Below are positions 32,433 through 42,339 of a stretch of DNA of 64,000 nucleotides, piece by piece (position 1 is the stretch's first letter; every line of letters begins with the position of its first letter). This stretch comes from an uncultured delta proteobacterium (GTDB lineage: Bacteria > Myxococcota_A > Polyangia > Fen-1088). The notes under the pieces are model-generated. The model made no database searches. It had not been told where the DNA came from and was given only the letters and a program-made list of their open reading frames with translations. Where the stretch lies: NCBI GenBank assembly GCA_963737265.1, contig CAVTRY010000023.1, positions 485,999 through 549,998 on the forward strand, written 5' to 3'. A program made the translations under genes and the position numbers.

Positions 32433-34072
32433 CGCATGCCTCCAGGTCGGCCGGGCGGCGGCGAGAACGCCCGGCGCCCGTCGGAGCCGAACATGCGAGC
32501 CGGCGCCTCCGGATTGGCATGGGACTCACCCAGGCGGGCACGATAGCCGTCGAGGAGCGCATTTACCGAGCCGACGCTGCGCTCGAGGATGGGGCCGGGC
32601 GCGACGCCCATGCCGAGCGCGCACACCACGATGACCGCGAACACGAGTTTTTCTGTCCACGACAGATCGCGCACCTTTTCGTCCTTGTTTTCGAGCTTGT
32701 CGAGCGGCCCCAACATGACCTTCTGAAACATGGTGAGAAGATAGACCGCCGCCAAAATCACGGCGGTGGCGGCAATCGCGGCCAAGAGCGCGGGATGGGC
32801 GAACATGGGCGTGGACGCCATGCCGCTTTCCTGCCACGCCTTGCCGGCGCTGAAGGTGCCAATCAGCACCAGGAATTCGCCGGCGAACCCGCACAAACCG
32901 GGCAGACCGGCCGACGCCAGCACGATGACGAGAAAGAACGCGCCGAACACCGGCATGCGCGCCCACAGGCCGCCGAAGTCGGACAGCTTCCGGGTGTGGC
33001 GGCGCTCGTACAAAATCCCGACGGCCAAGAACAAGCCACCGGTGGCAATCCCGTGCGCCAGCATCTGGTAGATGCCGCCTTGCACGCCCGCCGTGGTTAC
33101 GGTCAGGATGCCGAGCACCACGAAGCCCAGGTGCGAAACCGATGAGTACGCCACCAACTTCTTGATGTCGTCCTGGGCGTAGGCCATAAGCGCGCCATAC
33201 ACAATGCCCGCGACCGCCAGCCAGGCGACAAGCGGCGCGGTTTCCTCGGCGGCGAGGGGGAAGAACGGCAAGGCGAAGCGCAGAAATCCGTAGGTGCCGA
33301 GCTTCAACAGAACCGCGGCAAGTATGACCGAGCCGCCGGTGGGCGCCTCGACGTGCGCGTCGGGTAGCCACGTATGCAAGGGAAAGAGCGGAACTTTGAT
33401 GAGAAATGCGAGCGCGAACGCCGCAAAACACAGCAGTTGGATGCCGTGGGGCAAAAGCAAGTGCGACCACGTGGTGTAGTCGAAGCTCCACTGTCCGGTC
33501 AGGCGATGAACGGCCACCGCCATGTAAAGGATCGCGACCAGCATGAGCAGCGAGCCGACCAGGGTGAAGATCATGAACTTGATCGCCGCGTAGACCCGCC
33601 GCTCGCCGCCCCAGATGCCGATAATGAAGTACATCGGCACCAGCATCAGCTCCCAGAACACGTAAAAGGCGAACATGTCGAGCGCCAGAAATGCGCCGAT
33701 CATCCCCGATTCCAGCATCAGCATGGCCACCACGAAGCCGCGGTTGCGGTCGCGCACGAAGCCGGTGGCCTGGGGCGAAAGCAAGGTCACGAGCACCATC
33801 AAGGTGGTGAGAATCACCAGCCAGAGCGAGATGCCGTCGATGCCGAGGTGAAAGCGGATGCCGAGCGCGGGAATCCACGCCTGATTCGTTTCCAGTTGAA
33901 AAGCCGCCTGGGCTGGTTCGAAGGCCGCCAGTACGAACAAGGACTGCACGAACGTGATCAGCGCGACGGCAATGCCGTAGCCGCGGAAGAAGCGTTGGTC
34001 GCCGCCTGGCAAGAGCAGCGCCAGCAGCGAACCAGCGAGGGGCAAGAGCGTGGTGAGGGCGAGGCTGGTCAT
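32429..34072 (-). CDS. nuoM: NADH-quinone oxidoreductase subunit M
   Basis: FYVFWE, HTWLPDAHVEAPT, KKLVAYSSVSH. Confidence 0.95.
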   Translation of the reverse strand: MTSLALTTLLPLAGSLLALLLPGGDQRFFRGYGIAVALITFVQSLFVLAAFEPAQAAFQLETNQAWIPALGIRFHLGIDGISLWLVILTTLMVLVTLLSPQATGFVRDRNRGFVVAMLMLESGMIGAFLALDMFAFYVFWELMLVPMYFIIGIWGGERRVYAAIKFMIFTLVGSLLMLVAILYMAVAVHRLTGQWSFDYTTWSHLLLPHGIQLLCFAAFALAFLIKVPLFPLHTWLPDAHVEAPTGGSVILAAVLLKLGTYGFLRFALPFFPLAAEETAPLVAWLAVAGIVYGALMAYAQDDIKKLVAYSSVSHLGFVVLGILTVTTAGVQGGIYQMLAHGIATGGLFLAVGILYERRHTRKLSDFGGLWARMPVFGAFFLVIVLASAGLPGLCGFAGEFLVLIGTFSAGKAWQESGMASTPMFAHPALLAAIAATAVILAAVYLLTMFQKVMLGPLDKLENKDEKVRDLSWTEKLVFAVIVVCALGMGVAPGPILERSVGSVNALLDGYRARLGESHANPEAPARMFGSDGRRAFSPPPGRPGGMR

Positions 34073-34075
34073 GTT

Positions 34076-36298
34076 CTATCGGATCTCGATGTCGCGCTTG
34101 ATGGTGCGCTGGGTGTGCCAACGCTCGTCGCGGATGGTGATGGTGACCGTGTAGCGATCGGGACCGCCGTAAATCCACCTAGCCAAGGGCGTTGGCCCCA
34201 TTCGATCCGGCGTGCCATCGCCGTCGAAATCGAAACCGTAGGTCAGGTTGCCGCCGTCGGCTTCGGCGTCGACCAACTTAACCGCGACACTGTTGCCTTC
34301 GATTGCGATCTGGACATCCGGGGCCGCCGGACGCGCCGCGATCCACACCAGCACGGCGAAACCGATGGCGAACACGGCAAGGTAGCGCTGCACATCCCCG
34401 GTCTGCGCGAAGCGACAAATGCGACCGCCAATGTCGGCCAGGAATGCCCATCCACCGATCATAATTTTATCGATGACGATGCGATCGATGACCAGAAAGA
34501 CCACGCGACAGAGCGCCTGCAGCGGCCGGATGATGATCGCGACGTAGATTTCGTCGACACGGAACTTGTCGCGCGCGAGTGCCACGAACCCAGGAAACTT
34601 TGCCGCGAAGGCATGGGCGGGCGCCCGATAGCCGCCGCCAAAAAAGACGTACGCCAGGCCGATACCCGCCAACGCGACTGCCGTCGCGAAACCCATGACC
34701 AACCACTCGATGCGATGGGCGACCTCCAGCGGCGCGCCGACGGCGGGCTCCAGCCAGACCGCCAGCGTGCTTTCGCCATGTTTGCCGAAAAGCTCGCGGA
34801 TGGCCGGAGGGATTCCCGCGAATCCAGCCACAACGGCGCCTGCGGCCAGCACTACCAGCGGGAACACCATGGACACGGGCGATTCGTGGATGTGGTGCTG
34901 GACGTGCTCGTCGGCACGGCATGGGCCCGTGAACACCAGGAAGTAAAGGCGGGACATATAGAAGGCGGTACCGAAGGCCGCAAGCAAGAGCAGCCCGCCC
35001 ACCAGCGGCCCCACCCAAGCCAGGTCGTGGCCGTAGATCTCGGTCGCGAAGGCGCCGTCGAGGAGGGCGTCCTTGCTGAAGAAACCTGAGAAAATCGGTA
35101 CGCCGCAGATGGCGAGCCAGCAGATTTGGAACACGCGGGTGGTCCAGGGCAAGCGTGCGGCGAGGCCGCCCATCTTGGTGATGTCGCCCGAGCCGCTCAT
35201 GGCATGCATGACCGAGCCGGCGCACAGAAACAAGCCGGCCTTGAAAAACGCGTGGGTGAAAAGATGGAAGATACCGCCGGCGAAGTTGCCGGTTCCCACG
35301 CCGACGAACATGAAGCCAAGCTGACTGACGGTGGAATAGGCGAGCACCTTCTTGAAGTCGTTTTGCGCGAAGCCAATGATCGCCGCGAACAGGGCGGTCA
35401 GCGCCCCGACGACGGCGACAACGGCGAGCGCGGCCGGGGCCAGCATGTACACCGCCGACATGCGCGCCACGAGGTACACGCCCGCGGTGACCATGGTTGC
35501 GGCGTGGATCAGAGCGGAGACCGGCGTGGGACCCGCCATGGCGTCGGGCAACCAGACGTAAAGAGGAATCTGCGCCGACTTTCCCGCCGCGCCGAGAAAC
35601 AGGAAAACCCCGGCCCAAAACGCCACCGGCTGCCCCAGCCACAGCGGCGCCGTCAGCACGCCACCACTTTTTGCGGAATCGAGAATGGCCGGAATGTCGA
35701 GCGTTCCGGTGGCGCGGAAGAGCAGAAACATGCCGATGAGAAAGCCGAAGTCGCCGATACGGTTGGTGATGAAGGCCTTCTTGCCCGCGCTGGCGTTGGC
35801 GTGCTCTTTGTACCAGAAGCCGATCAATAGATAGCTCGCGAGCCCCACGCCCTCCCAGCCGATGAACACCACGGGAAGGCTATCGCCCAGCACCAGGATC
35901 AGCATGGCGCCGCAGAAGAGGTTCAAGTAGGCGAAGAAGCGCGGGTAGTCCTCTTCGTGGGCCATGTAGCCCGCGGAATAGACGTGGATAAGGGTTCCTA
36001 TGAAGGTCACCACCAAGCATAAGAGCCCGGACAGGGCATCCATGCGCAGCGACAGATCTACGACGACATTCCCGGCGGAAAACCAGGGGTAGACCAATTC
36101 AGAGATGCCGCCCTGATGAACGGACTCGCGCAATCCGAAAAAGAAAGCGTCGACCGAAATCACGCATGAGGCGAACACGGCCAGCGTGGCGATGGTCTCG
36201 ACCACCGCGCGCGAGTGGCGCCGACCGAAGAGAATCAAATACGCCGCCCCGAGGAGCGGCAGCAGCGGAATCATGTGCAGGCGTGACAGTGAGAACAT
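34076..36298 (-). CDS. nuoL: NADH-quinone oxidoreductase subunit L with C-terminal PKD-like extension
   Basis: GWEGVG, WLPDAMAGPTPVSALIHAATM, THAFFKA; extra FDFDGDG...YTVTITIRD tail. Confidence 0.93.
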   Translation of the reverse strand: MFSLSRLHMIPLLPLLGAAYLILFGRRHSRAVVETIATLAVFASCVISVDAFFFGLRESVHQGGISELVYPWFSAGNVVVDLSLRMDALSGLLCLVVTFIGTLIHVYSAGYMAHEEDYPRFFAYLNLFCGAMLILVLGDSLPVVFIGWEGVGLASYLLIGFWYKEHANASAGKKAFITNRIGDFGFLIGMFLLFRATGTLDIPAILDSAKSGGVLTAPLWLGQPVAFWAGVFLFLGAAGKSAQIPLYVWLPDAMAGPTPVSALIHAATMVTAGVYLVARMSAVYMLAPAALAVVAVVGALTALFAAIIGFAQNDFKKVLAYSTVSQLGFMFVGVGTGNFAGGIFHLFTHAFFKAGLFLCAGSVMHAMSGSGDITKMGGLAARLPWTTRVFQICWLAICGVPIFSGFFSKDALLDGAFATEIYGHDLAWVGPLVGGLLLLAAFGTAFYMSRLYFLVFTGPCRADEHVQHHIHESPVSMVFPLVVLAAGAVVAGFAGIPPAIRELFGKHGESTLAVWLEPAVGAPLEVAHRIEWLVMGFATAVALAGIGLAYVFFGGGYRAPAHAFAAKFPGFVALARDKFRVDEIYVAIIIRPLQALCRVVFLVIDRIVIDKIMIGGWAFLADIGGRICRFAQTGDVQRYLAVFAIGFAVLVWIAARPAAPDVQIAIEGNSVAVKLVDAEADGGNLTYGFDFDGDGTPDRMGPTPLARWIYGGPDRYTVTITIRDERWHTQRTIKRDIEIR

Positions 36299-36300
36299 GG

Positions 36301-36601
36301 TCAGTTCCGCAACTCGTGAATGCCGTCGAGATCGATGGTCTTGCTAGTGCGGTAGACCGACACCACGACGGCCAGGCCGACCGCGGCTTCGGCGGCGGCG
36401 AGCGCCATCAAAAAGAAGGCGACCACGTGTCCTTTTTGATCGCCGAGCCCGCGCGCGAAAGTCAGCAGCGCCAAGCTGCCGGCGCCGAGCTGAAGCTCGA
36501 GGCTCATGAGCACGAATAGGGCGTTGCGCCGCAGCAGCACGCCGGTGGTGCCGATGAAAAACAGCGCCAGCGAAACCAAGAATGTAAAGATAGCCCGGCA
36601 T
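36301..36601 (-). CDS. nuoK: NADH-quinone oxidoreductase subunit K (probable +1 G after the ATG)
   Basis: LLRRN, MSLEL, AAAEAAVGLA; removing one G gives MPAIFTFLVSL from the TGATG-coupled ATG. Confidence 0.88.
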
Positions 36602-37164
36602 CAGACGACGCCTCCCCCGTCGCTGGGACGGGACGGCCTTGAGAGCAGCACGCCGCCCACCACGGCGGCCAGAAGCAGCAGCGAAACTGCCTCGAACGGG
36701 AAGAGGAAATCGGTAAAGAGAATCCGTCCCACCGAGGCGACGGTGCCGTAGTCGGGGATGGGCAAGGTGGTTGAGGTGGATAGCACGTCGGTCTGCCGCT
36801 CGCGCACGACGACCCACGCCACACGGTAGAAGACATAGCCGGTGGCGATCACGCCGGTGGCGCGCAGGAAGAGGCCACGCAACGCGATCGGGTTGTCCTC
36901 GTCGCGGTTCATAATCATGACCGCGAAGATGAACAGGACCATGATGGCACCGGCGTAGACCAGGATTTGCAGCACCGCCAAGAAATGCGCGGACAGCGTC
37001 GCGTAGAGACCGGCCAGCGCGCAGAAGGATCCGACCAGCGCCATCAACGCGCCGATCGCGCTCTTGCGGGTGACCGTGACCAGGGCGAAGCCAAGCACGC
37101 CCGCCGCCAAGACAACGAACGCGACCCTTTCGAGCAAGCTTGCTTCATGAAGCATGAGGTTCAT
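36601..37164 (-). CDS. nuoJ: NADH-quinone oxidoreductase subunit J
   Basis: QILVYAGAIMVLF, PFEAVSLLLL. Confidence 0.93.
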   Translation of the reverse strand: MNLMLHEASLLERVAFVVLAAGVLGFALVTVTRKSAIGALMALVGSFCALAGLYATLSAHFLAVLQILVYAGAIMVLFIFAVMIMNRDEDNPIALRGLFLRATGVIATGYVFYRVAWVVVRERQTDVLSTSTTLPIPDYGTVASVGRILFTDFLFPFEAVSLLLLAAVVGGVLLSRPSRPSDGGGVV

Positions 37165-39047
37165 TGCGAGCGTCCCCCGTTCTTCAACACCTCGGCCAGC
37201 TTGGCGGCAAAATCCGCCCGGAACTTGGTTAGGAAGCCGAGCATGGGCCAAGCTGCCGCCTCGCCCAACGGACAAATGGTGTTGCCCGCGACGCCACTCG
37301 CGATGTTGGCCAGGAGGTCGACGTCCCCCGGCCGGCCCTCGCCGTCCGCCAGGCGCGAGCACACGCGCGCCAGCCAGGCCGTGCCCTCGCGACAGGGCGT
37401 GCACTGGCCGCACGATTCGTGGGCGTAGAAGCGCATGATGGTGGCGCAGAACGCAACGATGTCGGTGGTTTCGTCGAACACGACCACACCGCCCGAGCCG
37501 GCCATGGTCTTGAGCCGCTTGCCGCCGCCCATATCGAAGGGGACGCCGGGGCTGACCTCGACGTCCTTGATACGTGCGTCGCTCATCAGCGCATCGAATT
37601 CAATCGGCACGTCAATCTCGCTCGCATCGAGCGCGGGCATCGAGCTGCCGCCGGGGATCACGCCCTTTAGCCGGCGACCGCCCAGCATGCCACCGCACAC
37701 GTCGTCGATGAGCCGGCGAAAGGGGATTCCCATCGGCAACTCGAAGACGCCGGGCCGGTTGACGTGCCCCGAGACGCTGAGCACGCGCGTGCCACCCGAT
37801 TTGCCCACGCCGAGCTTGGCGAACCATGCCCCGCCCTGATTGACGATGGCGGGAATGTTCATAAGCGTCTCAACGTTGTTCACGATGGTCGGCTGCCCGA
37901 AAAGCCCGCGGACCGCGGGAAACGGCGGCTTCATGCGCGGCCAGCCGCGTTTACCCTCAAGCGAATTGAGCAGCGAGGTTTCCTCGCCGCAGATGTAGGC
38001 GCCGGCGCCACGATGCAAGGTGATGTCGATCGTGTACGGTCCGGTGGCGCTGGCGTGCGCCTTGCCGAGCAGCCCGGCGGCGTAGGCCTCATCGAGCGCG
38101 CCCTCGGCAATCTTGGTCTCATTTACCAATTCGCCGCGGATATAGAGGTAGGCATGGGTACAACCCAGGGCATAGGCCGACAGCGCGATTCCCTCGACCA
38201 GCAAGTGCGGATCGCCCGCGATGAGGACGCGATCCTTGAAGGTGCCGGGCTCGGACTCGTCGGCATTGCAAACGAGGTAGACTTGCTTGGCGTCCTTGGG
38301 CAGAAAACCCCACTTCATGCCGGTGGAGAAGCCCGCGCCGCCGCGGCCGCGCAGATTGGATGCCTTGACCTCGTCGACCAGGGTCGACCGCTGCATGCCA
38401 AGGGCCTTCCTGAAAGCCTGCCAGCCGCCGCGGGCCTGGTAGGTGGCGAGGCTACGAATACCGGGAACGCCAATGTTCTTGGTGACGATTCGTTCGCCGG
38501 CCGTAGGGTAGAACGCGGTCAGCGCATCGATGGGCTCGGGCGCGAGGCGGCGCGTGTCTTCGGCCGCTGGCTTGCGGCGCAGGTCATCGAGCAAGCGATC
38601 CAGTTTGTCGGGCGTGAGGTCGCGGTGGCGGGTGTTTCCCTCGACCACCGTCGCGCCGTGGTCGCACCCGATGAGGTCGTCGTCCTCGTCGAGGCTGAAC
38701 AAGCCATCGGGCGTGGTCTGGCCGGGCCGGATTCCCAAACGCTTTTCCACGTGTTCGAGGGCATCGTAGCCGCTGCGTACGATGCAGCCGATGTTGCTGC
38801 AAACGGAAAGCCGGTGGCGCGCAGGGGGCGTGCGGCGAAACATCGTATAGAAGGTCACCACGCCGAAGACGTGCGAGAGCGGCAGGTCGAGCAAGCGCGC
38901 CACATGCTCCAGCGCTTCGTCGGAAAGATGACCAATTTCATCCTGAACCAGGTGAAGCACGGGAATCAAGGCCGCCTGCGCGTTCGGATAGCGTCCGCGA
39001 ACCCGGCCGATCGATTGTTGAGTTTCGGGGGAGAGTTTGAGGGCCAT
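37161..39047 (-). CDS. nuoF: Fused NuoE-NuoF (thioredoxin-like FeS domain plus FMN/NADH subunit)
   Basis: NuoE VVTFYTMF, VCSNIGC; NuoF GRGGAGF, NADESEPG, GAYICGEET, CGQCTPC, TICPLG in one frame. Confidence 0.92.
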   Translation of the reverse strand: MALKLSPETQQSIGRVRGRYPNAQAALIPVLHLVQDEIGHLSDEALEHVARLLDLPLSHVFGVVTFYTMFRRTPPARHRLSVCSNIGCIVRSGYDALEHVEKRLGIRPGQTTPDGLFSLDEDDDLIGCDHGATVVEGNTRHRDLTPDKLDRLLDDLRRKPAAEDTRRLAPEPIDALTAFYPTAGERIVTKNIGVPGIRSLATYQARGGWQAFRKALGMQRSTLVDEVKASNLRGRGGAGFSTGMKWGFLPKDAKQVYLVCNADESEPGTFKDRVLIAGDPHLLVEGIALSAYALGCTHAYLYIRGELVNETKIAEGALDEAYAAGLLGKAHASATGPYTIDITLHRGAGAYICGEETSLLNSLEGKRGWPRMKPPFPAVRGLFGQPTIVNNVETLMNIPAIVNQGGAWFAKLGVGKSGGTRVLSVSGHVNRPGVFELPMGIPFRRLIDDVCGGMLGGRRLKGVIPGGSSMPALDASEIDVPIEFDALMSDARIKDVEVSPGVPFDMGGGKRLKTMAGSGGVVVFDETTDIVAFCATIMRFYAHESCGQCTPCREGTAWLARVCSRLADGEGRPGDVDLLANIASGVAGNTICPLGEAAAWPMLGFLTKFRADFAAKLAEVLKNGGRSQ

Positions 39048-39204
39048 TGGCCTAGCCCAAGCACTTTGAGATGCGAAAGGCCCAACGTCAACTCCCGTCG
39101 ACGATCTCCTTCGAATTGCCCCGGCCATCGATGCGAACAAACGGCCGCGATGGCCTGGCCGGTACGCTAGGTCCATGCTAGCGTGGCCGGCCAAGAAGTA
39201 GACC

Positions 39205-39591
39205 ATGGCGCGCCTGTTTTGGATTTGCATAGCCGGCGCACTCGGGACCGGAGCCCGTTACCTGATCGGGATCTGGGCCGAGCAGCGCCTCGGCAAAGAT
39301 TTCCCCTACGGTACCCTTATCGTCAATGTCGCAGGCTGCTTTCTTATCGGCCTGGTGATGCATCTTGCACTCCGCACGACCGCTATTTCGCCTGCCTTGC
39401 GGCCTATCCTCGCCACTGGCTTCCTGGGAGGCCTCACCACCTACTCGAGCTTCAACTACGATACGACGCGTCTGCTGCAAGCGGGCGCCCATGGCACCGC
39501 TGTGTTCTATTTCGTGATGACCATCGCGTTGTGCTTTACCGCCGGCTTGCTCGGCATGGGCGCGGCCCGACTGGTGGCGGGCGGCCGGTAG
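39205..39591 (+). CDS. crcB: Fluoride channel FluC/CrcB
   Basis: GALGTGARY, PYGTLIVN, TGFLGGLTTYSSF. Confidence 0.93.
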   Translation: MARLFWICIAGALGTGARYLIGIWAEQRLGKDFPYGTLIVNVAGCFLIGLVMHLALRTTAISPALRPILATGFLGGLTTYSSFNYDTTRLLQAGAHGTAVFYFVMTIALCFTAGLLGMGAARLVAGGR

Positions 39592-39769
39592 GAAGTATCT
39601 TGCCTCGATAGCGTAAACCAGAGGATAAGCAGCGAGGGTTAGCCTGACGTTTGCGGGTGCATGCGGGCGTGGTCGCGAGACCGCGTCCGAGGGAGGGCCC
39701 CACCATAGCCTGTCACTGACTTGGTAATCGACTGACCACCTTCCCAGTGCTTCCTTTAGAACGGACAAA

Positions 39770-41248
39770 GTGACCAAGAAAAACGGCAAGCACGCGAGCG
39801 CCACGAGTCGACGCAAGAAAAAGCTGTCGCTGGTGCGCGCGGCCTCCAGTTCGTCGGCCAAATCCACCTCGGATTTGCCAACCTTCAGCCGGGAAACTGT
39901 CCCGCCGATTACTTGCCGGAGAATGCAAGTCAGGATTCTGCTCGTCGAGGATGATAGGTCCACCCGCGAGGGGCTGGAGCGCGTGGTAGCGTCCCTGGGC
40001 TACGAATTCGTCGTCGCGGAGAACGCCACTCGTGCCGTCGACGCGCTGTCGAGCAAGAACTTCGATCTGTGCGTGGTGTCCTTGGCGCTTCCAGCCGAAG
40101 CCACGCGAAACATTCTGGTAGCGGCGCATGCCCGCAAGTCAGCGATTCCAATTGTCGCGCGCACGGCCCACAGCACCGTCAGGGAAATCGTGGCGGCCTT
40201 CCGTCTGGGTGCGGTCGATTTTATTCCTCGGCCATTTCACGATGAGCTGTGTGGCGAGGTGCTCGAACGCGTTCTGGCCGAGCACGGGCGCGGCGGTGCT
40301 TCCTTGCGCACAAGCGGCGCGACGCTCATCGGAGAGCACCCGGCGATGCAAGTGGTTCTCGAACGCGTCGACCAGGTCGCGGATTCGAGCGCGAGTGTCC
40401 TCATCCAAGGCGAGGAGGGAACCGGCAAGGAAGTCGTGGCGCGCCTGATTCACGCTTGCGGGAGCCGCCGGGGCGGTCCCTTCGTTACCGTTCGTTTGGC
40501 CGGCGGGGAATCCGTGCTGACGGCGGACGAGCTGTTCGGAGGCCCGAATCACTCGGGGAAACCGGCAGCCGCGGTGGCGCCAGGCAAACTTCAGGAGGCC
40601 GAGCACGGCACGCTGTTCATCGACGAAATCGCCAACCTGTCGCGCGAGCTACAGCTCGGACTTCTCCGTCTGATACGCGATCCAGCCTCGCGCACGCGCG
40701 TCGACGTGCGCATCGTCGCGGCCACCTCGCGCAACCTGGAACAGGCCGTGCGCGAGGGCTCCTTCATCGAAGATCTCTACTACCGCCTCAATATCATCCC
40801 AATCGAGATCCCGCCGCTGCGCGGTCGCCTCGAAGACATCCCGATCCTCGTCGAACACTTCCGCCGTGCCTCCAACGCGGGTCGAGGTCGCGACATGCCG
40901 CCCTTTCCGCCCGACGTTCTCGTGCGGTTGGGGGAGTGCCCGTGGCCCGGCAACGTGCGCCAGCTGGAGAGCGTCGTCGATCGCTTGGTCGCCGCCGCCA
41001 AGGACCGAGGTGTTACGGTGTACGACCTACCGGCCAGTCTGCGCACAGATGTGAAGTCGCTGGGACCGGCCCTGGTCGATCTCCCGCCTCATGGTGTTGA
41101 TCTGCGCATGCTTCTGACCCAACTCGAAGACCGGCTCATCGGCCAAGCCCTCGAACGAACGGGCGGAAACAAGAATCGCGCAGCCGAATTGCTGGGTATG
41201 AATCGAACCACACTGGTTGAGAAGCTGCGCCGAAGAACCGTGGCCTGA
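39770..41248 (+). CDS. NtrC/FleQ-like AAA+ regulator (REC-AAA-HTH), degenerate; start may be ATG 39923
   Basis: GEEGTGKE, LFIDEI, DLYYRLN, WPGNVRQL, Fis-HTH MNRTTLVEKL; no GAFTGA loop. Confidence 0.85.
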   Translation: MTKKNGKHASATSRRKKKLSLVRAASSSSAKSTSDLPTFSRETVPPITCRRMQVRILLVEDDRSTREGLERVVASLGYEFVVAENATRAVDALSSKNFDLCVVSLALPAEATRNILVAAHARKSAIPIVARTAHSTVREIVAAFRLGAVDFIPRPFHDELCGEVLERVLAEHGRGGASLRTSGATLIGEHPAMQVVLERVDQVADSSASVLIQGEEGTGKEVVARLIHACGSRRGGPFVTVRLAGGESVLTADELFGGPNHSGKPAAAVAPGKLQEAEHGTLFIDEIANLSRELQLGLLRLIRDPASRTRVDVRIVAATSRNLEQAVREGSFIEDLYYRLNIIPIEIPPLRGRLEDIPILVEHFRRASNAGRGRDMPPFPPDVLVRLGECPWPGNVRQLESVVDRLVAAAKDRGVTVYDLPASLRTDVKSLGPALVDLPPHGVDLRMLLTQLEDRLIGQALERTGGNKNRAAELLGMNRTTLVEKLRRRTVA

Positions 41249-41406
41249 TCGCCGCGCGAACCATTGGTCAGCGCCGCCACGTTTTAGTTGTCCGTCGTCA
41301 GTGGGTTGACGGTCGCAGGGCGAACTTGACGTCATTCGGCTGACGATCACGCATGGCTCGCGATGCGGCTATCAGGAAGATGGCTAGGTTAGCGCGAGCC
41401 TCTCGC

Positions 41407-41422
41407 TGGCATGGGAGGTGCA
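41407..41422 (+). promoter_or_regulatory. Putative sigma-54 promoter of fliA
   Basis: TGGCATG-GGAG-GTGCA with exact GG-N10-GC spacing, 12 nt before the ATG. Confidence 0.5.
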
Positions 41423-41434
41423 TAGGGCTCCCGC

Positions 41435-42232
41435 ATGCCAAAAACTAAGGGCGGGCAAAGTACGAAGCAACGACGGCCGGCCGCGCACAGCGCACCGAAA
41501 AAACACACACGTAAGCCGTCGGCGAAAACGCTCGCGACGAGACGGAGCGCTTACGCGGCGAAATTCTTTCCGTACATCGAAAAAGTCGCGCGTCGACTCG
41601 CTCGCCGACTACCCGCCCACGTCGAGATCGATGATTTGGTTTCCGCCGGCGTGATCGGACTCATGGAAGCCGCCGAGCGTTTCGATCCCAAGCGCGTCGA
41701 TCGCTTCGAGGCCTTCGCCGAGTTTCGCATCCGCGGCGCCATGCTCGACGATCTTCGTGCCCGTGACACGCTTTCGCGCGACATGCGCCGGCTGTCGAAC
41801 GAGCTGCGCGAAGCCACCCGCAAGCTGGAGTCCGAGCTTGGTCGCTCGCCCGACCAGGCCGAGTTGGCCGAGACGCTCGGGCTCAAGGTGGATGAGCTTT
41901 ACATTCGCCAACAGAAGCTCTCCGGTTCATCCGTGGTTGGCATCGACGACGCGGGTCCGGACTTCCTTGAACGCACCAGCGACAGCAACTCGCCCGATCC
42001 CTTCGAAATCACCGCCCATCGCGAGGCCCTGTCGCGCTTGGTTTCCGGCATCGACGATCTGCCCGAGAAAATGCAGCAGGTTCTGTCGCTGTACTATTGT
42101 GAAAACATGAATCTCAAGGAGATTGGTCAAATTCTTGGGGTGACGGAATCGCGCGTGTGCCAGATTCACGGCGAGGCCACGCGCCGCCTGCGCGAATCCC
42201 TGACCGATATCAAAGACGCGGTCGCCGCGTAG
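41435..42232 (+). CDS. fliA: FliA/WhiG (sigma-28) family sigma factor
   Basis: DDLVSAGVIGL, RIRGAMLDDLR, LKEIG...VTESRVCQIH. Confidence 0.92.
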   Translation: MPKTKGGQSTKQRRPAAHSAPKKHTRKPSAKTLATRRSAYAAKFFPYIEKVARRLARRLPAHVEIDDLVSAGVIGLMEAAERFDPKRVDRFEAFAEFRIRGAMLDDLRARDTLSRDMRRLSNELREATRKLESELGRSPDQAELAETLGLKVDELYIRQQKLSGSSVVGIDDAGPDFLERTSDSNSPDPFEITAHREALSRLVSGIDDLPEKMQQVLSLYYCENMNLKEIGQILGVTESRVCQIHGEATRRLRESLTDIKDAVAA

Positions 42233-42305
42233 CTCGCGGCCCGACTTTTTCGCTTCGCCAACCCCTGGCGACCATTCGCCTTTTTAGAAAGTCAGAAAAG
42301 ATCCC

Positions 42306-42332
42306 TTAAGATTGCCATGGGCAGGCCGATGG
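42306..42332 (+). promoter_or_regulatory. Putative sigma-28 promoter of flgM
   Basis: TTAAGATT-N11-GCCGATGG versus consensus TAAAGTTT-N11-GCCGATAA. Confidence 0.65.
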
Positions 42333-42339
42333 GTAGGAC

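Noticed and set aside
39060-39204. Fluoride riboswitch upstream of crcB
   Set aside because: Only a GCGATGG fragment is present; the conserved pseudoknot and 3' motif are not seen
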